Shown here: piece after piece, positions 48,963-57,920 of the stretch
Layout of the letters: each line of letters begins with the position of its first letter
Position numbering within the stretch: the stretch's first letter is position 1
IMG/VR virus record: IMGVR_UViG_3300048838_000238
Span: 41,997 to 105,996 of that record
Source: a virus
DNA length: 64,000 nt
Direction: 5' to 3' (one strand)
Position numbers and translations under genes: made by a program
The notes under the pieces: generated by a model
Told to the model about the DNA's origin: nothing
Database searches by the model: none
Seen by the model: only the letters and a program-made list of their open reading frames with translations

Positions 48963-50083
48963 AGGACGCTCCGGTAGTAGGCGAGCAACTGATCTCTCGG
49001 ATCTTCCGCGTTGTCGACTGGGAGGTTGTTCTCGTAATCGTTCAGAAGAAGTTGTCGGCACTGCTGACGCGCCACGTACTCGTTATTGCGATGCTTAGAG
49101 AATCGCGACCTAAAGACATTGACCGCCATTGAGTCTTGGTGAGTTGCCAACAGAAAGTCGCGGTAGACCATCCATGAGGTGTAACCCTTTGGCAGCTTCC
49201 GTGCGGCGAACATCTTGCTGTTCTTCCCGGTCTCTTGAGCGAACGACACGCCATTCACTCTTTTGAGAAGCTTGGCGTATGTCTTCGGTTCAAACTCCGG
49301 CAGTTCGCAGATACTCTTGAACGACCGCTCGTGAATAAGCGAAGAGCAACGAATCTCGGTGATGCTCATGCCCTTTTTGAACTGCATGTCGTATATTTTT
49401 GAGTACAGAAGTCCTTCGTCGTGGATGAACTTCCACACGTCATGGAAGTTCCAATCGTAGATCGGATAGACGGATGCCGAGTTGCGGTTCTTTTTGGTCG
49501 CGTAGTAGATGCGTTCGCCGTGTCTCTCGACAGGGTTCTTGCTCACTGCCCGGTAACGGTTTGGACCCTCAGTCGCGCGCAGTCCGACCAGAAACGCGGT
49601 ATCAGTAAAACAACTCTCAAAGTTGTCGATCACGTCATAGAACCCGAACCCCTTACGTTTATCTCGGACGGTCGGATTGCGACCCCACATCGGCGAGACA
49701 ATATTCCCATTGCCTTTCGGTCGCATCCAAATTTTATGTTTGCCTTCCTCCCAGCACTTGAGCTGTGTTTCGGATTGCGACGTGGCGTTCGTTAAATGAA
49801 ACTCGACTTGCAGCCACAGTCGATTCGTCCACTCGGGTGATAAGTTCATCAGCCATTCAACTTGGTCGATCGTCGACTGATAAACCACCTCTTCGTCCAG
49901 AAAAAACAGACCGACTTTCTGTTGTCGACGCTCCGCCTCTTGGACGGCCAGATAGGCAAGAACCGTGCTGTCCTTGCCGCCGCTAATGGAAACAATGACG
50001 TTTTCAAATAGATCAAACGTCTTGGCGATCCTCCGCCGCGCCGCTTCAACCACGGATTCGTCAAGATATTTTTGCGTAAGCAT
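48959..50083 (-). CDS. ibrA: IbrA-like PAPS-reductase/DUF3440 family protein
   Basis: SISGGKDS, FLDEE, VGLRATE..NR, YPIYDW...DVW, LLNDY. Confidence 0.75.
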   Translation of the reverse strand: MLTQKYLDESVVEAARRRIAKTFDLFENVIVSISGGKDSTVLAYLAVQEAERRQQKVGLFFLDEEVVYQSTIDQVEWLMNLSPEWTNRLWLQVEFHLTNATSQSETQLKCWEEGKHKIWMRPKGNGNIVSPMWGRNPTVRDKRKGFGFYDVIDNFESCFTDTAFLVGLRATEGPNRYRAVSKNPVERHGERIYYATKKNRNSASVYPIYDWNFHDVWKFIHDEGLLYSKIYDMQFKKGMSITEIRCSSLIHERSFKSICELPEFEPKTYAKLLKRVNGVSFAQETGKNSKMFAARKLPKGYTSWMVYRDFLLATHQDSMAVNVFRSRFSKHRNNEYVARQQCRQLLLNDYENNLPVDNAEDPRDQLLAYYRSVL

Positions 50084-50906
50084 CGGCTACCCGCAGACTC
50101 CAATCGCACGTTCTCTGGATGTACCAATGATCCACCTTCAATTCAGTGGTAAGAAACGGAATCCGTGCCTGTCCCGTCAAACTAAGGAAGTCGATCAGGT
50201 CAATATAGTTGTGGCACATCTCAAAGACGGTTCGTTCTCCTGCGATGGAGTCGTCTTTGAATGTGACAAGATATGGTAGCTTCATCCGGTTATTGCGCCC
50301 CACGAGCTGTCGATCCCCGGCCACGGCAGCCTTGTCAGCTCCGCCGATAAGATGCAAGTTACGCGGGATCGTGTGCGGGTCTTTAAGGCCGATGCCGTCA
50401 AACAATTGCTGCCGCTGCTTCTTATACTCCGCTATCGTCTTACTTGATACGGCAACACGTTCTTCAATGAAGACCGGGTGCCTATCGATGACACGGACAT
50501 CAACGTGCGACTTGAACTCGTCCGACCATCCACATCCCTTGAACCGGCTATTGGTGTCAAAGTCCATCAGAATCATCAGGTCGTTAATTGAGTCGATGAT
50601 CGGCAGCCACTGGAATACCAACTGATGACGAGTTTGTGACAGGAAGTGGCGAATGCAATTGTAAGTCAAGTCGCTTCGGTTCTGAGTTCTCAGACACTCG
50701 TTGACGACGACCAGAGTGTTTGAATCGATCTCTCTAAGCAACCGGTAGAATACCTTGTACTTGATGATCTGATGCCAATCGACAAACTCACAGCCATCCA
50801 GTTCAAACCAAAACTTACTTGGCGACAGCACGACCACTTTGCGGCCTTCTGCGTGTTCTCGCACGATCTCAGCCTTATCGGAATTGTGAACGCCAAGATA
50901 GATCAT
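50061..50906 (-). CDS. Hypothetical protein, possibly a degenerate helicase-like fold
   Basis: 281 aa, coupled to both neighbours; LVVVNEC resembles a degenerate DExx motif. Confidence 0.6.
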   Translation of the reverse strand: MIYLGVHNSDKAEIVREHAEGRKVVVLSPSKFWFELDGCEFVDWHQIIKYKVFYRLLREIDSNTLVVVNECLRTQNRSDLTYNCIRHFLSQTRHQLVFQWLPIIDSINDLMILMDFDTNSRFKGCGWSDEFKSHVDVRVIDRHPVFIEERVAVSSKTIAEYKKQRQQLFDGIGLKDPHTIPRNLHLIGGADKAAVAGDRQLVGRNNRMKLPYLVTFKDDSIAGERTVFEMCHNYIDLIDFLSLTGQARIPFLTTELKVDHWYIQRTCDWSLRVADAYAKIS

Positions 50907-51496
50907 TGAATCGCCTTCAACCGCTTCGCACATTCCAATGATCGCTTCTCATTCAACTCGATAGCTGCAACTCGCATCCCGACGTCCATGAACTTCTTGA
51001 GCATCTTTCCCTTGCCAGCGCAAACATCAGCCACTGTCCGACAGCCCTGCCGAAGGAACCATCCAGATAATGCCGTCGTTGCGTCGCGGCTATCCTTCAG
51101 TTGCGGTGCGATCGATGGATCGCCTTGCCTTGAAGCAACGATCTGATAGTTGTTTCCGGCGTAGTAGTTGGTTTGCCATCCGACTTGGCTTCCATATCCA
51201 ACGTCATACAAAGCGTTCATCCAATGGCGAGACTCAGGAACGCCGGTCTTCAGGTAAACCCATGCTGGATTAGAGCGTTCGACAACGCCAATCAGTTCTT
51301 CGCAGAACCGCGACCAGTCTTGCTCAACTCCAGATTTACGACTCCAGTACGTCAGATTCCCTTGCCTCCAAGGAGGATCGATGGCAAGTAGATCGGCATT
51401 CAGACTCGTGCCGTAAAAACTGCCGCAGTAGACCTCGGATCGATCACTTCTGCCAGTAAACCGAGTCCCACTTGGTTCTCTCAGCAATGACATCAT
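50903..51496 (-). CDS. Small amino-methyltransferase-like protein
   Basis: IDPPW (motif IV) before VADVCAGKG...AIEL (motif I), beta-class order; start uncertain. Confidence 0.65.
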   Translation of the reverse strand: MMSLLREPSGTRFTGRSDRSEVYCGSFYGTSLNADLLAIDPPWRQGNLTYWSRKSGVEQDWSRFCEELIGVVERSNPAWVYLKTGVPESRHWMNALYDVGYGSQVGWQTNYYAGNNYQIVASRQGDPSIAPQLKDSRDATTALSGWFLRQGCRTVADVCAGKGKMLKKFMDVGMRVAAIELNEKRSLECAKRLKAIQ

Positions 51497-51869
51497 TTGG
51501 GATTGAGTAGACAAGGTGCGTCGTCCCCATCTTGAACTTTTTGAGGTGAACAAAACCAAGGGATTCAAATAGCGATGGTCGGAATGCAAAAGTATCTAGC
51601 TTCTTGGCGGACGTGTTTTGGCAACCGTACGCAAACCGGTGCTCAACAAGCAGCTTACCGAGCCCCTGGCAGCGAAACTCTGGTGCCACCCAGCATCCGC
51701 ACAAGCGTACCGCGATGCTGTTTAGCTTTCGAAGGCAACCGATAGCAGGCTTTCCGTCGACAACAAAGATGATGTCTCGTTGCCGGATCGATACGCGATC
51801 GCGTTTTGCTTTCGCGACCAAGCCGCTTGCGACTGCAAGATCAAATGGTATCTGAAGAACCTTCAACAT
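51444..51869 (-). CDS. GNAT family acetyltransferase
   Basis: WVAPEFRCQGLG acetyl-CoA motif, FESLGF. Confidence 0.8.
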   Translation of the reverse strand: MLKVLQIPFDLAVASGLVAKAKRDRVSIRQRDIIFVVDGKPAIGCLRKLNSIAVRLCGCWVAPEFRCQGLGKLLVEHRFAYGCQNTSAKKLDTFAFRPSLFESLGFVHLKKFKMGTTHLVYSIPNDVIAERTKWDSVYWQK

Positions 51870-52537
51870 GGAACTACGATCTCTCGGAAGCGATCCGGGT
51901 GCCACCTCGGCGGCTGGCAGGCTCCGAACCACCGCTTGAATCCGGTCAAGTCAGGCGGCAATTTGTCACACCACGGCAAGGCACGCATAAGCAGTGTCCC
52001 GGCCTCGCATGGCGCGAACCAACTCCAGTCGTGTTCGACTTCCACGGCAGTCCATTCACTCACCCGACCAAATCCTTGAGAGCGTTTATGGCCGATGGAA
52101 TGGACCGAGTCAAGCAGGGACAACAGCGTCCGTCGCTCCGAGCCCCCGACGAACCACACCACGCGATCACAGTCTCTTAGTCGCAACGGCAAGCGATAGC
52201 TCTTGTACGTGGCATTTCCGACTGCTACACACAGTCTCTTGTCTGGCGACAAGACGTCGGCATATTCGACAGCCAGCCGCTTGGCGAATCTTTCCACCCG
52301 ATCCCTGGCGGGCGACAGGATCGGCGCCGAACATCGCGGGATATTATTCACTCCGCCTATCGCGCCTCGCAAGCACGGAATATGAATCTCTCCCGGCGGC
52401 GGTGCCGGTGCGCTCCGAACAATGCGGCTTGCCAAGCCTAGCCGCTGGCTCATCTCGTACTCCAGAAGTGAATCTAGGTACGGGGCGTCGCCAGCCAGCG
52501 GGCTCGACAGGCAGGCCGTGACTTTCCAGTTAGCCAT
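51863..52537 (-). CDS. csf3: Type IV CRISPR Cas5-like RAMP
   Basis: LSSPL...YLDSLL, YKSYRLPL, G-rich loop IGHKRSQGFGRV, PPRWHP. Confidence 0.8.
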   Translation of the reverse strand: MANWKVTACLSSPLAGDAPYLDSLLEYEMSQRLGLASRIVRSAPAPPPGEIHIPCLRGAIGGVNNIPRCSAPILSPARDRVERFAKRLAVEYADVLSPDKRLCVAVGNATYKSYRLPLRLRDCDRVVWFVGGSERRTLLSLLDSVHSIGHKRSQGFGRVSEWTAVEVEHDWSWFAPCEAGTLLMRALPWCDKLPPDLTGFKRWFGACQPPRWHPDRFREIVVPC

Positions 52538-53423
52538 TAGATGCCGCCTTGCTCGTTTTGCGTCCGCGCGGCGACACCGTGACGAACGCCTCGTTTAGCC
52601 ATTGAACGCACTCGTCACGATTGGCGTCGACGTGCGACACGTAATCCAGCAACAGCGAATCGTCACCGTCATCCATGTTCACGAACGACATCCTCAGTCT
52701 GCCATGCCCTATCCGTGATTGCCCTCCGATCGTTCCCCCTGAATCCTGCCACAACCGCAGAGACAATCGCAGGCAGCCCAACTCCAGTTCATTGACGTGC
52801 TTCAATACGAAGCCGTGATGAAACACCGCCCCTCGACCAACGGCTTGGCCGGAGTAGATCATCAGACTGGAGGTGTCTCCGTCTTGCGTCTCAGCTTGTC
52901 CCAACTTCGCAGCGTCACCACGGGTGTACTGATATCCGCTCGCGAACCGCTCGGCTGACCAGAGTCTTGCCGTCGGAAAGTCCGCGATCATACTGGCTAA
53001 CGACTCGCGGTTCTCTTCACACACTAGTACCCCGCGCCACACGTCCATCGATCCGGCAAGTATCTGGTTCGGCAGCGATCCTCCGCACAATCGCAGCAAC
53101 GGAAATAATCGATGGCAATCGGCGATGCGACGGGTATTCTCTTGCGCCGTCGATTGTGTGAGGTTCCCACCGTGCAACAGGAAGTTCAGTTGCGGAAGCG
53201 ACAGTTTGCCTCGCAACCCCAGGCGATCAATCAGCCACATCGCGCCGGGCTCACGAACGAACCGGTGACGGATTGCGTTGCCGCTCAGGAACGGGACGTA
53301 AGCCACGCCACAAGGAGTCGTCACCGGTTCGCGGGCTACAATCGCCTCGTTACCAGCCGTCCCGCTGGCGTGCGTAATGGGCGAGATGGCTTTCGATAGG
53401 CAGTGAATCGTGTACGTTTTCAA
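52530..53423 (-). CDS. csf2: Type IV CRISPR Cas7-like backbone RAMP
   Basis: SPITH, VPFLSGNAIRH, LLHGGNL, FPLLRLCGG, IGGQSRIGHG. Confidence 0.85.
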   Translation of the reverse strand: MKTYTIHCLSKAISPITHASGTAGNEAIVAREPVTTPCGVAYVPFLSGNAIRHRFVREPGAMWLIDRLGLRGKLSLPQLNFLLHGGNLTQSTAQENTRRIADCHRLFPLLRLCGGSLPNQILAGSMDVWRGVLVCEENRESLASMIADFPTARLWSAERFASGYQYTRGDAAKLGQAETQDGDTSSLMIYSGQAVGRGAVFHHGFVLKHVNELELGCLRLSLRLWQDSGGTIGGQSRIGHGRLRMSFVNMDDGDDSLLLDYVSHVDANRDECVQWLNEAFVTVSPRGRKTSKAASNG

Positions 53424-53875
53424 GCGGCACCTCCGATCTTGTCTTTCCAGCGGCGACGAGCCAACACCAAAACGGGAATGAGATGTGTCGTCAGATACTT
53501 CAGCCAGTCGGCGCGTGACTCTGCCGGTAGGTCGTAAAGCGATTGCAAAGCGTTAACGAAGTCGTCATCCGCGACCGCCTTGGCTGGCTCTGCTTTGATA
53601 TGCTCGCAGACGTGCTGTACGAACAGATCCAAATCGCCGTCGATTGTCTTCGCATAGGCCGACTGGATCGCGGTGGCGATGCGGTCCCAGAGCGTGAGAC
53701 GGTCCAGGTCAGACCCAAAGATTCTCGGCAGCGACGCGCAGAAATCGACGGCCAATTCCTTGGCGACGCTGACAAACCATTCCGGCTTGTCGGCGTCATA
53801 GTCGATCAGCCCGGCTAATTCTTGTCGCAGTCTCTCGGTATCAAGAGTCGGCAGTGGCGGTGGCAGGGTAGTCAT
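53420..53875 (-). CDS. cas11: Cas11-like small helical subunit
   Basis: 151-aa all-alpha protein directly upstream of csf2, as in type IV-B gene order. Confidence 0.6.
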   Translation of the reverse strand: MTTLPPPLPTLDTERLRQELAGLIDYDADKPEWFVSVAKELAVDFCASLPRIFGSDLDRLTLWDRIATAIQSAYAKTIDGDLDLFVQHVCEHIKAEPAKAVADDDFVNALQSLYDLPAESRADWLKYLTTHLIPVLVLARRRWKDKIGGAA

Positions 53876-54720
53876 CGTATTTTCTTTCCTGGTTGTATTG
53901 GTAATGTTGCGGCCAATTCCGGATCAATCCCTTTCCTTATCCGAGACGTCAACGTAGCTTTCCGAACGACACACAAGGGATGGCGAGACAATTCCGTAAC
54001 GGTAATCGTCTCGCCAAATGCGTCTACAACGCAATTTATGTCTGCCCTCCCAACAGGAACTGATGCCGCCTTTTCGATATCCCACCCATTGCAAATTCTG
54101 TAGGCAAGAGTTTTGTAGGACACCTCGCATCTGCTGTCTCTGCTTAATTCTGCTAAAGTCATTCCGATTCCAAATGCGATAATTGGTAGATTTCGGCTAG
54201 TGTTATTTGCCTGTTGTGACTTTGTTGCCCATCGGCAGTTGCAAGGTTCGTAGTTACCGTCATTGTCCTTGCGATCTATTTCGTGCTTTGGGGGTCTCTT
54301 CCCCATGTCGGCAAGAAAGTTACTGAACCCGTCTATTCCAGTCCATCGCTCGCAAACTGTAATCCCTCTTCCGCCGTAATGGCGATATGCGTCATGCGAC
54401 GGCCTGTAGCATCTTGCCTTCATGTTCATCCACACAATCCATTCTGGAGAATTGGTTTGCCCATGAGACGTGTTGCGTTTCCTAGTTGTCTCACTTCCGG
54501 CACACCCACAGCTTTTAGAGTTACCGCTTTTAAGGTTGTATCCATCGACGACAGTTAATGACCCACACAAGCACTCGCACAGCCACTTACATTTTGACTG
54601 TGCGTCCCGGCCATGAAAGTTCTTCACAGTCAGCCTGCCGAACTTCGTTCCGCATAAATCATTTTTTGGCTGTCGGTATTGGTTCGGTGACGGTGTCGCG
54701 GTATTGTCTAAAGCAGACAT
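53872..54720 (-). CDS. HNH-type homing endonuclease inside the cas operon
   Basis: FGRLTV...WLCECLCG...SCGC...YGGRGITVCERW...IDRKDNDGNYEPCNCRWAT; AT-rich, own AAGGAG RBS. Confidence 0.85.
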   Translation of the reverse strand: MSALDNTATPSPNQYRQPKNDLCGTKFGRLTVKNFHGRDAQSKCKWLCECLCGSLTVVDGYNLKSGNSKSCGCAGSETTRKRNTSHGQTNSPEWIVWMNMKARCYRPSHDAYRHYGGRGITVCERWTGIDGFSNFLADMGKRPPKHEIDRKDNDGNYEPCNCRWATKSQQANNTSRNLPIIAFGIGMTLAELSRDSRCEVSYKTLAYRICNGWDIEKAASVPVGRADINCVVDAFGETITVTELSRHPLCVVRKATLTSRIRKGIDPELAATLPIQPGKKIR

Positions 54721-54748
54721 GACATTGCTCCTTGTTAGCGTGTCGTGT

Positions 54749-55480
54749 TTAGAAGAGCGTTGGCCGGAATCCAACGCTCTTCGCATTTTCTCCTATCGTC
54801 TGTGGATACACAAGAAGGCACTCGCTTCGAGGCGGGCAGAGCCACAGACTAAGACGACTAAGTGGTTCGGTGGCCACGGCGAGCCACGCCGATAGCCATT
54901 GGTCAGAATCGTAATGTTCGACAACGCGGATTTGCTGCATGAATGACAGTCCAGCGTCCAACGCCGGCTTTCCGGTCACTGCCGCGATCCGCTGGCATAA
55001 GTCAACTCGGTCGCGAAGTCCCGGTAGACCGTAATCGATCCGTTCACCTTCAAGAGTAACGGTCGGATGCTTCTGATCGTGACACACGACTGCGCGGTAG
55101 AGTAGATGCTTCTGTCCGCTGTCGCTGATACAAATCACAAACGGAGGTGGTGGCGGATACAGGCATACGCTCAGTAGCCAATCGCGATGAGACTTCGTCG
55201 CCGCGATCCGCTTTCCATTAGCCACTACCCACGAGTAACAGCGGACCTTCTGCCCATCTCGCGACGTCCCGTCGTGAAACTGAACGCTAGTCGATTCAGC
55301 CTGACTGGCAACGCATCCTCGACATACGTGAGCCGCTTGCGTCACGGTATCGAGCCCTGTAAACGAACTCTTAACGAAGTCTCGCGACAGCGTTTCACCG
55401 TCACACTGGCCGCCGCAAAAGAAGCAGCGGCAGTTGCCGGTTTCAAAATGGCCGTTCCAGAGTTGTGGTGCGGTTTGCAT
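54749..55480 (-). CDS. csf1: Type IV CRISPR large subunit
   Basis: CFFC...CRGC zinc motif and PPPPFVICISDSGQKHLLY signature; TAATG coupling. Confidence 0.75.
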   Translation of the reverse strand: MQTAPQLWNGHFETGNCRCFFCGGQCDGETLSRDFVKSSFTGLDTVTQAAHVCRGCVASQAESTSVQFHDGTSRDGQKVRCYSWVVANGKRIAATKSHRDWLLSVCLYPPPPPFVICISDSGQKHLLYRAVVCHDQKHPTVTLEGERIDYGLPGLRDRVDLCQRIAAVTGKPALDAGLSFMQQIRVVEHYDSDQWLSAWLAVATEPLSRLSLWLCPPRSECLLVYPQTIGENAKSVGFRPTLF

Positions 55481-56055
55481 TAATTGCTCGGCATATCGCA
55501 TTCGTGACGTGGCTTGACGCAACCATCCTCAAGATCAACACACCAGCCGTCCGGGACTCCGCCGTTCTTTACGGTCGATTCGTCTCGCTTCGACTTCTCG
55601 ATGAAGCGGCGGATTCCACCAACCGTCTGATAGACCATGCGTCCGGTCGACCGCCCATAGTTACCACGCTCTTCGCGTGCTTCGTATCGCTTCACCCATT
55701 TGCAATCGGATTCAGCGGCCCAGAAGTCAATCGAGCAATCCAGAACGGTCAGCCACAGCTTGCCGGTCTTATCCGACCGTCCAATGACGTAGTAGGTGCG
55801 ACCCTTATACTCGACTTTGCCAGTGCATTGTCGATCGGCCAGTTCCTTCTTGTCGGGCTCGATGGTCTTGCCGTCCATGCCTCCGACGAGTGATTCGATC
55901 TGGCTGGCCTTGGCCGCGCCGATCCACCATTGCTTGCGGTCGCCATCCCAGTGACAACCGGCTGACTTGAGTTGCGACTTAATGGGGAACGTATTCCCCA
56001 CGACATAGATGCGGGCTCCGACCTTTTCCGTTCCGATGGACATGACGGCTGACAT
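55480..56055 (-). CDS. Hypothetical protein, first gene of the cas operon
   Basis: GNTFPIKSQLKSAGCHWDGDRKQWW N-terminal motif; AGGAG RBS; palindrome at 56088..56106 upstream. Confidence 0.65.
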   Translation of the reverse strand: MSAVMSIGTEKVGARIYVVGNTFPIKSQLKSAGCHWDGDRKQWWIGAAKASQIESLVGGMDGKTIEPDKKELADRQCTGKVEYKGRTYYVIGRSDKTGKLWLTVLDCSIDFWAAESDCKWVKRYEAREERGNYGRSTGRMVYQTVGGIRRFIEKSKRDESTVKNGGVPDGWCVDLEDGCVKPRHECDMPSN

Positions 56056-56087
56056 TGAATTAGCTCCTGATTGCGAGTTGATTTGAC

Positions 56088-56138
56088 CTACATCACACTG
56101 ATATATGTAATTCGCTGGCCAGTCAGGATATTGGCCAA
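56088..56138 (-). promoter_or_regulatory. Promoter-like motif plus palindrome heading the cas/ibr operon
   Basis: TTGGCC-N17-GCGAAT on the minus strand, followed by the palindrome CTACATC-N5-GATATAT. Confidence 0.5.
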
Positions 56139-56165
56139 CCGCTGAAAAGAATCTGGAAAAAGCCG

Positions 56166-56438
56166 TCAGTTAACGCTTTGTCGGCTGATTTCGTTCAGAA
56201 TCGCGACTAACCTAGACTCCAGTTCCATAGCGGAATCCGCCTTTCCGGCCATATCCAGAAGCACTTCTCCCGACTCTTCTAGCATCTTGGGGAGTTTTGA
56301 GATGTGTTCGCGGAGTTTGCGGATTTGGGTATCGCGGTCTCGGTCTGCGGCTAGCAGTCGGCGTAGGGAATCGCTGCGACCTTCGTACTTGGCGAACAGG
56401 CGGCGTAGGTATTGGTGGTCGTCGGGGCGGCCGCTCAT
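56166..56438 (-). CDS. Hypothetical coiled-coil protein
   Basis: MSGRPDDH..., ATGA coupling. Confidence 0.5.
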   Translation of the reverse strand: MSGRPDDHQYLRRLFAKYEGRSDSLRRLLAADRDRDTQIRKLREHISKLPKMLEESGEVLLDMAGKADSAMELESRLVAILNEISRQSVN

Positions 56439-56692
56439 TCGCAGTTCTCTGCCAAGGCGACCTCTAGGCAAGGGCATCTCGGGTGATGAATGACGCCAGC
56501 GCCGCCACCACTCTTGGTGATCGTGACAAACTTGCGACCGTCATGCTCGATTGTCCGCAAGGTTGCGATCCATCCAACGTCGGTTTCACGGCTTGTCCCC
56601 ATTGATCCCCAAATCAGAATCGCGATGAGGATACCACTGATCGCAATCCCGACCAGTATCTCAACAAACGTAAACGCGGATCTCTTTTTCAC
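56435..56692 (-). CDS. Prepilin-type N-terminal motif protein
   Basis: MKKRSA|FTFVEILVGIAISGILIAIL. Confidence 0.65.
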   Translation of the reverse strand: MKKRSAFTFVEILVGIAISGILIAILIWGSMGTSRETDVGWIATLRTIEHDGRKFVTITKSGGGAGVIHHPRCPCLEVALAENCE

Positions 56693-57234
56693 CGTTCCAC
56701 CTGCTTTCTAAGGAACTGCTGAAACCACTTATTCAGGACTTCGCGAGTCTTGTCCGCTTCGCAGGACATCCCTTCATTTGCAGAAATGTCGGCCCTCGCC
56801 TTGCGGTACAGATACGGCAGCAAAGTGATCGCGTCCCACAATTCGTTCTCTTTGCCTTCAGCGATCCCGATTTCCTTGAAGACTTGGTAAAGGTCTAGGC
56901 TCGTCCGCGAATACTGCCTCTCTGACTTTGACAGCAGGCTGCGCAGCCCGTGCTTGCTCGCTTTGAACATCTCGCGGTATGGTTCGGATGCGCGACGTTC
57001 TGCGTCGATCGTCTTCATCAGGGAATCGAGGACGGATTTGATATCCGCCTCGGTCGCTTTCAGTGGATCATTCACACCAACCTCGCCATCCGCTTGCGAG
57101 ACACAGACCGGATCGCACTTCATACAAATCCCAACGACTTGCCGACTAACTTCTGCAATGAGCCTTCCGCAGCTGACACAACGTGGCAGCGTATCGTGCT
57201 CGAATTTTACGCTTCTATGCGATTCTTCATTCAT
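56689..57234 (-). CDS. Hypothetical protein with N-terminal zinc ribbon
   Basis: CVSC and CMKC motifs. Confidence 0.55.
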   Translation of the reverse strand: MNEESHRSVKFEHDTLPRCVSCGRLIAEVSRQVVGICMKCDPVCVSQADGEVGVNDPLKATEADIKSVLDSLMKTIDAERRASEPYREMFKASKHGLRSLLSKSERQYSRTSLDLYQVFKEIGIAEGKENELWDAITLLPYLYRKARADISANEGMSCEADKTREVLNKWFQQFLRKQVER

Positions 57235-57524
57235 GCTTCGATCTTCTCCACGGCTTGCAGTTCGATCATTCCAAGCCGCTCGGCAATTTGCAGCGGCTGC
57301 GTCTTGTGCGCGTCAAAGAATCCACGGCAGACCGCATTGTCGCCGTCTAGCGTCGAATGGCAGATGATCGCCGAGTTGTCTTTCACTGCATCAGCAACCA
57401 TCCCTTCAAGACGGCCTTCGGTCAGATTCATCAAATTCCCAGGTCGGAAGACGCAAGTAGGGCAGCGACGCTCACAGACGTGGACCTTGCCGTGTCGATA
57501 TGCGTTGCCGTGTTTTTTGCTCAT
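57231..57524 (-). CDS. Small Cys/His-rich phage protein
   Basis: CPTCVFR...ICHST...VCRGF. Confidence 0.6.
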   Translation of the reverse strand: MSKKHGNAYRHGKVHVCERRCPTCVFRPGNLMNLTEGRLEGMVADAVKDNSAIICHSTLDGDNAVCRGFFDAHKTQPLQIAERLGMIELQAVEKIEA

Positions 57525-57527
57525 CGG

Positions 57528-57920
57528 TTAGTAGACCTTCTCCAAATCTCCGAAGCTCACCTTCGCCTCGCGACCAGTCAGAACTGAAACGAGAAACGCT
57601 TGTCTGGCGATTAGGCAACACAGGTACGTGTGACCGTCCTTGTCTCGGTAGTAGCTTCCTGGAACTAGCGCGGGCTCTGCGTCGTACCAGTCTTCGTCGC
57701 CGGCCCCCCAGTAGTCATCCTCGAAATCGTCATGGCCGTAGAAGTATTTGCATTCGAGGCAAACGTCCGTCTCTTGGCGTGACAGTTCCGCATCGCAGTC
57801 GCGACACACCGGGAACACCTGAGTCCGAAGGAACTCGTCGATCTCGGCTTGGTGAATCCGATCTAACGACTTTGCAAATTCTTGCTTGGCGCGGATTCCG
57901 TTTCGAGAACTCCTGCTCAT
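57528..57920 (-). CDS. Hypothetical protein
   Basis: 130 aa with CxxC pairs. Confidence 0.5.
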   Translation of the reverse strand: MSRSSRNGIRAKQEFAKSLDRIHQAEIDEFLRTQVFPVCRDCDAELSRQETDVCLECKYFYGHDDFEDDYWGAGDEDWYDAEPALVPGSYYRDKDGHTYLCCLIARQAFLVSVLTGREAKVSFGDLEKVY

